A stretch of 64,000 bases of DNA from Octopus sinensis (GCF_006345805.1 NC_043000.1:73780001-73844000), one strand, 5' to 3'. Shown: positions 1 through 13,204, counted from the stretch's first letter. The notes: generated from the sequence alone by a model not told the origin. Made by a program: numbers and translations.

Positions 1-92
1 CTGGTATATAGAATTCTTGATCTTAAAATTATTAGACATAAATTTAATTCTGTTGGGGTTGTCCTCAGAGATCAAAACCATGTTTTTATTGC

Positions 93-159
<67 letters not shown>
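93..159. repeat. (TTA)n microsatellite directly 5' of Tx1 copy 1
   Basis: About 22 TTA units visible in the sequence. Confidence 0.95.
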
Positions 160-160
<1 letters not shown>

Positions 161-611
161 CTTCCGACGCCGATGGACGTACGTGAGTCGGCTCCGTGAA
201 TTTGACACCAGTTTCATTGGAGATCTATTGTTGGGTTCGAATATTTTTTAATGTTTTTGTGGCCAAGCCGACCGGCTTCTTGCGGAGCTCGTCGGTTGGG
301 CGAAGTTTTGCCCCATGCGGGGTGAAATTGCGTTTTAAAATTTTGAACATTTGACATTTTTCAACATTTTGAATATTACAACAAAAAAAAACATGGCTAT
401 GAAGCGAACAGTTGGCTGTTCCTTCCTTCAAGATACACTCCCTCCGCAAACACACACAACTCGTACAAAACACCCACTTCACGCCTTAAAAGGCAACAAA
501 GATTCTCCTTCCGAACCGCAGAGCACGAGCTCCGTTCAAAAGTAGAATGCAAGCCAGGACGTCGCGTTCGACGTAATTCTCGATTTTCCCCCTCTGCCTT
601 CACCTAATGCT

Positions 612-1997
612 TTGGTACGGAAGGAGGAGGAAAAAAAAACAAATACAAAAATCATCACAAACATTGACACGGAGATAAAAGAAAAAACTTCCAACAATTT
701 TGCTTCTGCTGCGAAGCAAATTTCGGAGGAAGTTAAGATAACTCTAGAAGATGTGAAAAGAGCGAAGGAATTGTTAAGGAAGGATGGCAATGGTATCTTC
801 CTCAATACTCCACAAGAGGTGATTGAAAGCACCAACAAGCAAACAATAATTTACAAAGTTTTCGACAGAAAACTAAAAAGAATAACAAATGCCACACCCC
901 AACAGTTGGAGATAGCTCTAAAGCCCATTTGGGCCCAAAAGAGCTACGTAACCAAGGGGAAGCGTTTTGGAACCGTGGAGGTTCGCTTCCCAACAGAGGA
1001 GCTTGCAAGGGCGAACGCCATTTCGCCCTTGCAAACTGAGAATTTGTTACTAATTCCGACCCACCTCGGGCGAAGAGTAACAAAAATAAAAATCGACCTC
1101 GTCCCCCCTGAGCTAAATATGTCATGGCTGGTGGCAGCTGTCCTCTATGATATAGAGGACACTACCACCATTCTAGATGTCAGGAGAGTGAGGGCGAAAA
1201 ACTGGTTGGGGATGGGAGTGCTGCTTCTTGCGCAAATTCAGCAAGAGAATATAAGTAAAATCCCTGATTTCGTAAGTTTGCCGGACGGCACCAGGCTAAA
1301 CGTTGCTGTGGAGGGGCGAAAGCCAAAATGTTTTCTCTGCAGCAGCGAAAGCCACTTAAAGAGGGACTGTCCCATTCACAAAAAGAGGATGGAGGCTTTC
1401 AGCAAGAGGCAGCAGCAACAACAACAACAACAACAACAACAACACAAGCAACAACAACAGAAACAACAAAAACAGCAAGAAACACCAAAGGCTGCCACAC
1501 CACCAACACCATCACCAACACCAGCACCAAGACGAACAACACCACCTCCAACAACAACAACCACCACCAAACCAACACCGACAACCACCAGCAAACCAAC
1601 ACCGACACCAGTACCTCGAAGGTCGACAGCAGCGACATCAACAGTAACAGGAGCAGCGGCACCACCGATACCGGCGGAACCAAAAGCTTTTCGTCCTGCT
1701 ACTGAAGCAGACCCCTCAACCATTCCTTTGCCGGATGAAGAGATCTCGGATTGTGCGAGCTCTGATTCCAACAAAGGAGAATGGAACATAGTACCTCCAA
1801 AAAAGAAAAGGAGGAAAACACAAAAAGATTTACAGGGGAAGCACGAACAAACAGTACTTCCCAACATCAACAACAACATCAACAACAACACACACTCACA
1901 ACAACAAACAACAACAACAACACTTTCGACACCACTACTGCCACTACCACAGACACAACAAACACAGACACAATTACAGACACGATTACAGCAGTGA
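612..1997 (+). CDS. ORF1 nucleic-acid-binding protein (zinc knuckle, poly-Q and P/T-rich tail); true start probably upstream and end probably 2266 via frameshifts
   Basis: CFLCSSESHLKRDC = CX2CX4HX4C; homologous to ORF 6566..7411. Confidence 0.8.
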   Translation: MVRKEEEKKTNTKIITNIDTEIKEKTSNNFASAAKQISEEVKITLEDVKRAKELLRKDGNGIFLNTPQEVIESTNKQTIIYKVFDRKLKRITNATPQQLEIALKPIWAQKSYVTKGKRFGTVEVRFPTEELARANAISPLQTENLLLIPTHLGRRVTKIKIDLVPPELNMSWLVAAVLYDIEDTTTILDVRRVRAKNWLGMGVLLLAQIQQENISKIPDFVSLPDGTRLNVAVEGRKPKCFLCSSESHLKRDCPIHKKRMEAFSKRQQQQQQQQQQQHKQQQQKQQKQQETPKAATPPTPSPTPAPRRTTPPPTTTTTTKPTPTTTSKPTPTPVPRRSTAATSTVTGAAAPPIPAEPKAFRPATEADPSTIPLPDEEISDCASSDSNKGEWNIVPPKKKRRKTQKDLQGKHEQTVLPNINNNINNNTHSQQQTTTTTLSTPLLPLPQTQQTQTQLQTRLQQ

Positions 1998-2304
1998 ATA
2001 CAAGAAACCAGGAACTGGTTGAGTATTTGAAAAACAAAACAAGCACAAACATTACAGATTTCATAATACCTACACACAACACACCACCAGCACACATTCT
2101 CACAATAAAAATAAACAAAACAGTTTACAACGAAATAAAACAAATATTCCCTAACGATGTGGGATCGTTAGGGAAAAGTTTCTCTCAGAAACTTTACAAA
2201 AATATTATTGAAGCACCCGTGCAAAAGCACAAGGGAGCCACCCCCACCACCAACAACAGTAAGTAGAGCCTTTTCTCTCCTTTTTTTCCCCTAACTTTTG
2301 AAAC

Positions 2305-5300
2305 ATGGCAAATCTTAGAATCGGTTGTTTGAATGTGAGAGGCCTCGGGTCACCTTGGAAACAGGGTCACCTGTTAAACGACCTGAGGTTTCATGATGTG
2401 GATGTAGCAGCCATCAGTGAAACCAGGCTCTCCGACCCGCAGGAACTCGCAGCCCTTTTCGGCGGATACGAGATATTTCTATCTCCGTGTCGGCCGGGAG
2501 CGGGCGGTGGTGGTACTGCGGTGTTGTTTCGGAAGGGCCTGGACCTGAAAATAAGGACAGTCTTCTTGGATCCGGAAGGTAAGTTGGTGGTCCTCGACGT
2601 GGACGGTAGTGACGGCGGTGCTTTCAGACTGCTGGCTGCCTACGCTCCGACAGGAGCAGGGCAGTCGGATTATTTCAAACGTCTGGAAGTTTTCCTGGGA
2701 ACGTCACGCACTCTAGAACTAGTTGGGGATTGGAACGCTGTCTTAGACGAACGTTTCGATCGGGTGGGCAGGGGAGCGTCTGATAGGAGAGGGGGAGGGT
2801 GCAAGAGCCTCGCCAACCTACTCGGCCGCTTTCAGCTGTCCGACAGGTTTCGACTAGAACCCGAATGTGCCAATGTGGACTTGGACAAACCGCATCGGGT
2901 CGTCTAGATCGTACTTAGATAGAGTGTTTTGTAGGCCAGCGGATAAGGACAGCGTAGGGTGTCCACAATTCCACCTAGTCGAATATACGGACCACAAATT
3001 AGTGATCTGTACGGTCGACTTAGATAGGCTACATAGACAGGGACCCGGCTACTGGAAGCTGAACGCGTCGTTAACGGCGTGCAAAGCTTACAGAGACCGG
3101 ATTAGTTTACTAGTTAAGCGGGCGCTCACGGGGGCAATCATCAACAACAACTGGTGGTTTGCCCTCAAGAGAGCAATTAGAGTAGAGTCGATTAGGTATA
3201 GTAAGACTCTAGCTATTGAACGTAGGAAGAGAGAGCGGGATTTAGTTAAGAAACTAGACGAGGCTCTTGACACTGGCATCGCGACCGACGTGTTGGCGGC
3301 AAGGTTGGCCCTCGACCAACACTTCGACGCCAAACACGAAGGCTGCGTTGTCAGAGCTAAGGCACGTTCGCTAAGCGGGGAGGGGACTAGAAGCCGCTCG
3401 ATGGGGCCCGCGTGGCGGAGGCGAAGCGAGGCAACAGAGCAACCATTCGGTCTTTGGTGGACCAGAACGGGCGCGAGGTTACCCAACCGAAGCAGATGTG
3501 TACGGTGCTTCAGCGGCACTTTACTCAACTGTTTGGGACGAGCGGTTGGAACGGACACCAACGGTACAGACTTCGGTGTGTACCTGGACGGACTGCCGCA
3601 ACTCTCGGACAGCGAGGCAGAGTGCTGCGAAGGACCGATATCTGCCTGGGAAGTACAGGAAGCGATGAAGAGTTGCACGAGAGGTAGATCGCCGGGTTTG
3701 GATGGTCTGCCCTACGAGCTTTACTTTTCAATGCCAGACTTGTTTGCGGACCTGTTGGCAAACGTCTACTGCAACTGGCAGCAAAACGGGAGAATTCCTG
3801 CTTTTGTCTGTCGAGGGGTGGTGGCTTTGCTAAAGAAGGACCCAAACAAGGGGGACGTTATAGGGAATTTCCGGCCCATCACTCTGCTCAATGCAGAGTT
3901 GAAGATTTTGGCCAAGGTGCTAGCCAAGAGATTGGCGCTTGTCGTTGACAAGCTGGTCGGCGGGACGCAGACATGCGCCGTGCCGACCAGGTCGATACAC
4001 GACAACCTCCATCTCATGCGCTACATCATAGAGAGGGTGGGTAACGACGCTGGCGCGGGTGGGGCTTTGATCAACTTGGATCAGAGTAAAGCCTTCGATA
4101 GGGTCGACCATCGGTACCTGGCAGCTGTCCTCAAGGCAGCCGGCTTCGGTCCAGTCTTCCGCGGGTGGATCGCTGCTTTATACAGCAACATCTGCTCGGT
4201 GATACGGGTGAACGGTCACCTTTCGGAACCGTTCGACATCTCGCGTTCGGTCCGCCAAGGATGTCCTCTCTCCTCCCTCTTGTACATTTTGACTCTCGAG
4301 CCATTACTGCGCAAGTTGGAGGCTTTGAGGGGCATCCCGCGCGATCTAGGAGGCGGAAACAGCGTGTCTGCTTATGCCGACGACGTCACCGTGGTGGTGT
4401 CGATCCACAGGCACATTGGCCTGATTGGCGAGACGCTAAACCAGTACGAAGCGGTGACAGGGGCAAAGATTAACGCGGAAAAGTCTGTGGGCTTGCAACT
4501 GGGCACCTGGAGAGGCAAGCCCATGCCGTCCAACAGCGTCGTAGGGCGCTGGACAGACGGACCCGTTAAACTGCTCGGGGTCTGGTTCGGTCCGGACCTC
4601 CAGGTGGATAAGAACTGGGAAGAGGTGACGAGCAGGGTGGCACGTCTCACCCAGAAATGGGCCGAGAGGAAGCTGTCCCTGAAAGGTCGAGCGGAGGTGG
4701 CGAAGCGTACATCGCATCCGTCATCTATTACCGCTTGACCGTCGTCCCTTGTCCCGACCGCTGGTTGGCCAAGCTGGTACGCCTGCTCTTCGACTTTTTG
4801 TGGAAGGGTCAGGTGCCACTGGTCAAGGCGATCCATCTGCTGTCAACGACCGCTGAACGGAGGCCTTGGAATGCCGTGGTTGCTGTTGCGCAGACATGCG
4901 CTCAGGCTGCGGCATCTCAAGCGCTTCCTAGACGGTGAACAGGTGTGGTCGTCTTTTGTCAGACGCGATTTTCCGCAGCTCGTCTCTTTGACGGAGCTGC
5001 AGACCTGGATCAAACGTAGACCGAGAAAGGGCGCGTGGCACCTCGAGTGCCGTCAAGCCCTCTCCGCCCTCCACCAGGCGGGCAATGCGGTCGGTTACAG
5101 CTCCACTCTAGCGTTCTATAGAGGGTTAGTGGAGGAAAAATGCGACGACGTTCTCGGGGAAACTCTAGGCGTTGAAGACGACGAACTGAGCGGTCTGTTC
5201 GGGAGGACTTTCGGGCCGGGACCGATGGATAATTTCCAGAGGTCTCTCGCCTGGCAGTGCTACCGAGGGGCTCTGCCTGTTCGAGATAAACTCTACCGGC

Positions 5301-5740
5301 ACGGAAGTGCCGTCAGCCGGGCCTGCCCGAGATGTTGCCAGGACGACGAAACCGTTCTGCACGCACTCGTCCAGTGCCCGAGTATTGCTGAAATATGGGT
5401 TTATGTCGAACAGCTACTGTCACGTGTAGGACGGATCCGACTATCGGCCGAATCCATAGTGAAGATTGCCCCGCCGACCTCCTTTAACAAGGAGGGCGAG
5501 GCCGTTTTCTTGTGCCTTGTGGCTGTGGCGAAAGAAGTCGTGTGGTGGACTCGTTTGAAAGGGCTAAAGTCAGACACTTTCCTCTTTGGTCAAGGCCTCA
5601 TCAACTTTTTCAAGTTTCACTTGAAAAGGAAGATGAGGTTAGAGAGGAAAGTGCTGTCCGATAGCAAGTTTTATGAAAGGTGGGTGAATTGTGCGAGACT
5701 GGCCTGTATAAATGGACCAGTTCTCAGGTTTCGCCTGTGA
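2305..5740 (+). pseudogene. ORF2 (APE endonuclease, reverse transcriptase, C-terminal zinc finger), broken by single-base frameshifts
   Basis: APE motifs LNVRG, SETR, YAP, GDWN, LDR, TDH; RT motifs SPGLDG, FRPITL, DQSKAFDRV, RQGCPLS, YADD; CPRCCQDDETVLHALVQC. Confidence 0.92.
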
Positions 5741-6565
5741 TTTCAAAGAAAAAGGTAATGTAAAAGGAGAAGAAAGGGGACTCTGTACACCCCCTTTTTT
5801 TGACCAGGCTCCCGTTGGCTTTTGTAGGGTTTTTTCCACCAGGAACCTTTCGAGACGTCTCCCCCTTTTGGGAGTTTTTCATTGTTGAATTTTATAAGTT
5901 GTTATAAAGATTTTTACTCGATGTTTTTAAAAAAACGGCAAAACCCTTTGTAACCTGTCGTCCTGTCTTGTCCCTTTATGTAATCATGCGTGTCAGCCCT
6001 TGTGGCCAATAAAAAAGAATTGATTATTATTATTATTATTCTTTCTTTCTTTCCGAGACGACGGACGTGTGTAAAGCAGCACCGTAAGTTTTGTGCCAAT
6101 TTGATTGGAAATTTCTCTAAAAGTTTTTACATTTTTTGATAATTGTGTGGCCAAGCCGACTAACTTCTTGCGGAGCTAGTTGGCTAGGCAAAATTTTACC
6201 CCATTGGGGGTAAAATCACTGTTTAAAATATTGACATTTGCATTTTATTTCACTTACAAATTTCCAAAATGTCGTTAAAAAGAGCAGCTGGCTCTTCCCT
6301 TCTTGCAACCCCCCCCCCCTCCACAAGAAAATATTGATTCTCCAAACCGCCCATTTCGTGCCTTAAAAGGCAAAGAAAACTCTTCGATGAAACATGTCGT
6401 TCCAAAAAAGAATGAAAATGAAAACGAAGGCGTCACTTTTGACGTCTTCGAAGACTTCCCTCCTCTTCCCTCTGCAAGCGTCCCAGTAGGGGGGAAAAGA
6501 CGGACAAAAGCAACAAAGATGGCGTCACCTTTGACGTCAATCAGAATTTTCTTTCTCTCCATTCC

Positions 6566-8170
6566 ATGAGTGCAACAGTAGGGGAAAAAGAAGAAAAGAA
6601 AATAACAAACATCATCACCGACAACACCACCAGCAACAACACAACAAGCCACCATAGCAATTTTGCTTCCATCACAAAAGAAAACACAGAGCAAATTCAA
6701 GTTACATTTGACGAAATAAAATCTGCTAAGGAGTTGTTGAGAAAAGAGGAAAACAGTGTTTTCCTCAATACACCTCAACAACTCATAAACGAAACAAAAA
6801 AAAAAAGAACTGTAATTTATAACGTTTTCGATAAGAAAAACAAAAAAATAACTAATGCAACACCCCAACAATTGGAAATGGCTCTTAAACCCATATGGGC
6901 CAAAAAGAGCTATGTCACAAGAGGGAAGCGTTACGGGACGGTGGAGGTTCGCTTCCCAACGGAAGACGATGCAAGGGCGCATACCATTTCGCCCTTGCAA
7001 AATGATAATTTCTTTCTGGTCCCATCATACCTCGGGCGGAAAGTACAAAAAATTAAAATTGATATAGTACCCCCCGAACTCAGTATATCATGGCTGGTGG
7101 CGGCTGTCCTCTATGACATAGAGGACACTGCCACTATTCTAGATGTACGAAGGGTAAGAGAGAAGAACTGGTCAGGTATGGATGTTCAACTGCTGGTACA
7201 AATCCAGCAGGAAAACATTAATGCCATACCTGACTCAGTCATTTTACCAGACGGAACCAGGCTGCACGTTACTGTGGAGGAGCGAAAGCCAAAATGTTAC
7301 CTCTGTAGTAGCGAAAACCACCTTAAGAAGGACTGCCCCATTCACAAAAAAAGAATGGAGACATACGGCAAGAGGCAGCAGCAGCAGCAGCAACAACAAC
7401 AACAACAATAGAAACAACAGCACGAAACACCAAAGGCTGCCACACCACCAACACCATCACCACCACCGCGACGAACGACACCACCTCCAACAACAACCAC
7501 CAAACCAACACCAACCCCAGCACCAAGAAAAACGACAACAAAAAAACAAGGAGAAACACCAACACCGTCACCATCACCAAAAGACAGCAACAACACCGCT
7601 ACCAGCAAAACCAACAAAAATCTTTCACCCTGCTGATGAAGCGGACCCGACAGCCATCCCCTTTCCGGATCAGGACAGCTCGGATTGTGCGAGCACTGAT
7701 ACCGAGAAAGGGGAATGGCACACAGTGCCTCCAAAGAAGAAAAGGAGGAAAAAACAAAAGGACACACAGGGGAAGCACGAACAAATAGTGCTTCCCAACA
7801 TCAACAACAACAACAACATACACTCACAACAACAAACAACAACAACACTTTCGACACCACTACTGCCACTGCCACACACACCAACACACACAGACACGAT
7901 TACAGCAATAAACACAAAAGATGAAAAACTAGTTACATATCTAAAAGACAATACAAGTACACAAATTGAAGATTTCATTATACCAACACACAACACACCA
8001 CCAGCACACAATCAAAATTAATCAAAAACATATAGCGAAATAAAACAAATATTCCCTAACGATGTCGGATCGCTAGGGAAAAGTTTCTCAAAGAAACTTT
8101 ATAAAAATATTATTGAAGCACCCGTGCAAAAGCACAAGGGAGCCACCCCCACCACCAACAACAGTAAGTA
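6566..8170 (+). pseudogene. ORF1 of Tx1 copy 2 (stop after poly-Q, frameshifts)
   Basis: CYLCSSENHLKKDC knuckle; homologous to 612..2266. Confidence 0.8.
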
Positions 8171-8212
8171 GAGCCTTTTTCTCCTTTTATTTTTTTTTCT
8201 CACCTTTGAAAC

Positions 8213-11200
8213 GTGGCAAAACTTAGAATCGGTTGCTTGAATATGAGAGGCCTCGGGTCACCTTGGAAACAGGGTCACCTGTTAAACGACCTGAGGTTTC
8301 ATGATGTGGATGTAGCAGCCATCAGTGAAACCAGGCTCTCCGACCCGCAGGAACTCGCAGCCCTTTTCGGCGGATACGAGATATTTCTATCTCCGTGTCG
8401 GCCGGGAGCGGGCGGTGGTGGTACTGTGGTGTTGTTTCGGAAGGGCCTGGACTTGAAAATAAGGACAGTCTTCCTGGATCCGGAAGGTAAGTTGGTGGTC
8501 CTCGACGTAGACGGTAGTGACGGCGGTGCTTTCAGACTGCTGGCTGCCTACGCTCCGACAGGAGCAGGGCAGTCGGATTATTTCAAACGTCCGGAAGTTT
8601 TCCTGGGAACGTCACGCACTCTAGTGCTAGTTGGGGATTGGAACGCTGTCTTAGACGAACGTTTCGATCGGGTGGGGCAGGGAAGCGTCTGATAAGAGAG
8701 GAGGGTGCAAGAGCCTCGCCAATCTACTCGGACGCTTTCAGCTGTCCGACAGATTTCGACTAGACAACCCGAATGTGCCAATGTGGACTTGGACCAATCG
8801 TATCGGGTCGTCTAGATCGTACTTAGATAGACTGTTTTGTAGGCCAGTGGATAAGGATAGCATAGGGTGTCCACAATTCCACATAGTCGACTACACGGAC
8901 AACAAATTCGTGATCTGTACGGTCGACTTAGATAGGCTACGTAGACAGGGACCCGGCTACTGGAAGCTGAACGCGTCGTTAACGGCGTGCAAAGCTTACA
9001 GAGACCGGATTAGTTTACTAGTTAAGCGGGCGCTCACGGGGGCAATCATCAACAACAACTGGTGGTTTGCCCTCAAGAGAGCAATTAGAGTAGAGTCGAT
9101 TAGGTTTAGTAAGACTCTAGCTATTGAACGTAGGAAGAGAGAGCGGATTTAGTTAAGAAACTAGACGAGGCTCTTGAGACTGGCATCGCGACCGACGTGT
9201 TGGCGGCAAGGTTGGCCCTCGACCAACACTTTGACGCCAAACACGAAGGCTGCGTTGTCAGAGCTAAGGCACGTTCGCTAAGCGGGGAGGGGATTAGAGC
9301 CACTCGATGGGCCCGCGTGGCGGAGGCGAAGCGAGGCAACAAAGCAACCATTCGGTCTTTGATGGACCAGAACGGGCGCAAGGTTACCGAACCGAAGCAG
9401 ATGTGTACGGTGTTTAAGCGGCACTTTTCTCAGCTGTTTGGGGTGAGCGGTGGTACGGCCAACAACGGTACAGACTTCAGTGTGTACCTGGACGGCCTAC
9501 CGCGGCTCTCGAACAACGAGGCAGAGTGCTGCGAAGGACCGATATCTGCCTGGGAAGTGGAGGAAGCGATGAAGAGTTGCACGAGAGGTAGATCGCCGGG
9601 TTTGGATGGTCTGCCCTACGAGCTTTACACTTCAATGTCAGACTTATTTGCGGGGCTGTTGGCAAACGTCTACTGCAACTGGCAGCAAAACGGGAGAATT
9701 CCTGCTTTTGTCTGTCGAGGGGTGGTGACTTTGCTAAAAAAAGGACCCAAACAAGGGGGACGTTATAGGGAATTTTCGGCCCATCACTCTGCTCAATGCA
9801 GAGTTGAAGATTTTGGCCAAGGTGCTAGCCAGAAATTGGCGCTTGTCGTGGACAAGCTGGTTGGCAAGACGCAGACATGCGCCGTGCCGACCAGGTCGAT
9901 ACACGACAACCTCCATCTCATGCGCTACATCATAGAGAGGGTGGGTAACGACGCTGGCGCGGGTGGGGCTTTGATCAATTTAGATCAGAGTAAAGCCTTC
10001 GATAGGGTCGACCATCGGTACCTGGCAGCTGTTCTCAGGCAGCCGGCTTCGGTCCAGTCTTCCGAGGGTGGGTCGCTGCTTTATACAGCAACATCTGCTC
10101 GGTGATACGGGTGAACGGTCACCTTTCGGAACCGTTCGACATCTCGCGTTCGGTCCGCCAAGGATGCCCTCTCTCCTCCCTCTTGTACATATTGACTCTC
10201 GAGCCATTACTGCGCAAGTTGGAGGCTTTGAGGGTATCCCGCGCGATCTAGGAGGCGGAAACAGCGTGTCTGCCTATGCCGAGACGACGTCACCGTGATG
10301 GTGTCGAGCCACAGGCACATTGGCCTGATTGGCGAGACACTAAACGAGTACGAAGCGGTGACAGGGGCAAAGATTAACGCGGAAAAGTCTGTGGGCTTGC
10401 AACTGGGCACCTGGAGAAGCAAGCCCATGCCGTCCAACAGCGTCGTAGGGCGCTGGACAGACGGACCCGTTAAACTGCTCGGGGTCTGGTTCGGTCCGGA
10501 CCTCCAGGTGAATAAAAACTGGGAAGAAGTGACGAGCAGGGTGGCACGTCTCACCCAGAAATGGGCCGAGAGGAAGCTGTCCCCGAAAGGTCGAGCGGAG
10601 GTGGCGAATGCATACATCGCATCCGTCATCTATTACCGCTTGACCGTCGTCCCTTGTCCCAACCGCTGGTTGGCCAAGCTGGTACGCCTGCTCTTCGACT
10701 TTTTGTGGAAGGGTCAGGTGCCACTGGTCAGGCGATCCATCTGCTGTCATCGACCGCTGAACGGAGGCATTGGCATGCCGTGGTTACTGATGCGCAGACA
10801 TGCGCTCAGGCTGCGATATCTCAAGCGTTTCCTAGACGGTGATCAGGTGTGGTCGTCTTTTGTCAGACGCGACTTTCCGCAGCTCGTCTCTTTGACAGAG
10901 CTGCAGACCTGGATCAAACGTAGACCGAGAAAGGGCGCCTGGCACCTCGAGTGCCGTCAAGCTCTCTCCGCCCTCCGCCAGGCGGGCAATGCGATCGGTT
11001 TTAGTTCCACTCAAGCGTTCTATAGAGGGTTAGTGGAGGGAAAATGCGACGACGTTCTCGGGGAAACTCTTGACGTTGATAACGAACTGAGCGATCTGTT
11101 CGGAAGGACTTCCGGGCTGGGGCCAATGGATAATTTCCAGTGCTACCGAGGGGCTCTGCTTTACACTTCAATGTCAGACTTATTTGCGGGGCTGTTGGCA

Positions 11201-12483
11201 AACGTCTACTGCAACTGGCAGCAAAACGGGAGAATTCCTGCTTTTGTCTGTCGAGGGGTGGTGACTTTGCTAAAAAAAGGACCCAAACAAGGGGGACGTT
11301 ATAGGGAATTTTCGGCCCATCACTCTGCTCAATGCAGAGTTGAAGATTTTGGCCAAGGTGCTAGCCAAGAAATTGGCGCTTGTCGTGGACAAGCTGGTTG
11401 GCAAGACGCAGACATGCGCCGTGCCGACCAGGTCGATACACGACAACCTCCATCTCATGCGCTACATCATAGAGAGGGTGGGTAACGACGCTGGCGCGGG
11501 TGGGGCTTTGATCAATTTAGATCAGAGTAAAGCCTTCGATAGGGTCGACCATCGGTACCTGGCAGCTGTTCTCAAGGCAGCCGGCTTCGGTCCAGTCTTC
11601 CGAGGGTGGGTCGCTGCTTTATACAGCAACATCTGCTCGGTGATACGGGTGAACGGTCACCTTTCGGAACCGTTCGACATCTCGCGTTCGGTCCGCCAAG
11701 GATGCCCTCTCTCCTCCCTCTTGTACATATTGACTCTCGAGCCATTACTGCGCAAGTTGGAGGCTTTGAGGGGTATCCCGCGCGATCTAGGAGGCGGAAA
11801 CAGCGTGTCTGCCTATGCCGAGACGACGTCACCGTGATGGTGTCGAGCCACAGGCACATTGGCCTGATTGGCGAGACACTAAACGAGTACGAAGAGGGTA
11901 TAGAGGGTTAGTGGAGGGAAAATGCGACGACGTTCTCGGGGAAACTCTTGACGTTGATGATAACGAACTGAGCGATCTGTTCGGAAGGACTTCCGGGCCG
12001 GGGCCAATGGATAATTTCCAGTGCTACCGAGGGGCTCTGCCTGTTCGGGATAAACTCTACCGGCACGGAAGTGCCGTCAGCCGGGCCTGCCCGAGGTGTT
12101 GCCAGGACGACGAAACCGTTCTGCACGCACCGGTCCAGTGCCCGAGTATTGCTGAACTATGGGTTTATGTCGAACAGCTACTGTCGCGCATAGGACGGAT
12201 CCGGCTATCAGCCGAATCCATAGTGAAGATTGCCCCACCGACAATGTGGAAGGGTCAGGTACACACTGTGGTGAAAGAGATTGTATGGTGGACCCGTTTG
12301 AAAGGGCTAAAGTCAGACACTTTCCTCTTTGGTCAAGGCCTCATCAACTTTTTCAAGTTTCACTTGAAAAGGAAGATGAGGTTAGAGAGGAGAGTGCTGT
12401 CCGATAGCAAGTTTTCTGAAAGGTGGGTGAATTGTGCGAGAATGGCCAGTATAAATGGACCAATTCTCAGGTTTCGCCTGTGA
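8213..12483 (+). pseudogene. ORF2 of Tx1 copy 2, frameshifted, RT segment duplicated
   Basis: ORF fragments 8213, 8775, 9197, 10295, 11340 and 11815 match copy 1 ORF2. Confidence 0.9.
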
Positions 12484-12750
12484 TTGAAAAAGGTTTTATA
12501 AAAGGAGAAAGAGGCTCTCTACCCCCCTTTTGACCAGGCTCCCGTTGGCTTCTATGAGGTTTTTTCCACCAGGAACCTTTCGAAGCCCCCCCCCCATTGG
12601 GAGTTTTTCATTGTTATAATATTTCGTTGTTAAACAGTTTTTACTCGGATTTTTTCAAAAACGGACAAAACCCTTTGTAACTTTTCGTCCTGTTTTGTCC
12701 CTTTATGTTTACTAATCATGTGTGTCAGCCCTTGTGGCCAATAAAAAGAA

Positions 12751-12821
<71 letters not shown>

Positions 12822-12865
12822 GTGAGGGTTGGAATTAACAAGATTAATGTTGGAACTCCCAGAAA

Positions 12866-13172
12866 ATGGCCGACCAATTCCCGGACGTCTGTGGAGGTCT
12901 TTATCGCGATGATTGTCTGCTTTATCTCCAAAACATTTCAAATCAAAAAATACAAAAGGTTAAGAATAGATTAGTTGGGTTTTTTTACATCGTTTTTGAC
13001 GATGAGTTAAATAAAGCTAATTTCTTAGACATTACTCTCAATTTACAAAATAGCTCGTACTTCCCATACCATAAACCTTCCACAAATCTCAAATATATTA
13101 GTCCTTACAGTAATCACGCTAGGGCAATTACTAAGAATTTAGTTAAAAACATTTCACTTAGATTATCTAAAT
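12866..13172 (+). pseudogene. Penelope-like element reverse transcriptase fragment
   Basis: GGLYRDD...NFLDITL...YHKP...YISPYSNH...NISLRLSKL, typical PLE RT core and thumb. Confidence 0.8.
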
Positions 13173-13204
13173 TATGCGCGTATTTTCCTTTTTTAATTTC
13201 TTTT

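Larger units (their letters stand above)
160..6020 (+). mobile_element. Tx1/L1-clade non-LTR retrotransposon, near full length (copy 1)
   Basis: 5' UTR, ORF1 with CCHC knuckle, ORF2 with APE-RT-zinc finger, 3' UTR ending GGCCAATAAAAAAGAA followed by (TTA)n; colinear with copy 2. Confidence 0.92.
6041..12750 (+). mobile_element. Tx1/L1-clade LINE copy 2 with internal duplication/rearrangement
   Basis: Same architecture as copy 1; follows a short (TTA)n at 6024-6040; ends GGCCAATAAAAAGAA then (TTA)n at 12755-12820. Confidence 0.92.

Noticed and set aside
802-12126. Antisense and alternate-frame ORFs over the Tx1 elements
   Set aside because: Shadows of GC-rich or low-complexity coding sequence with no motifs
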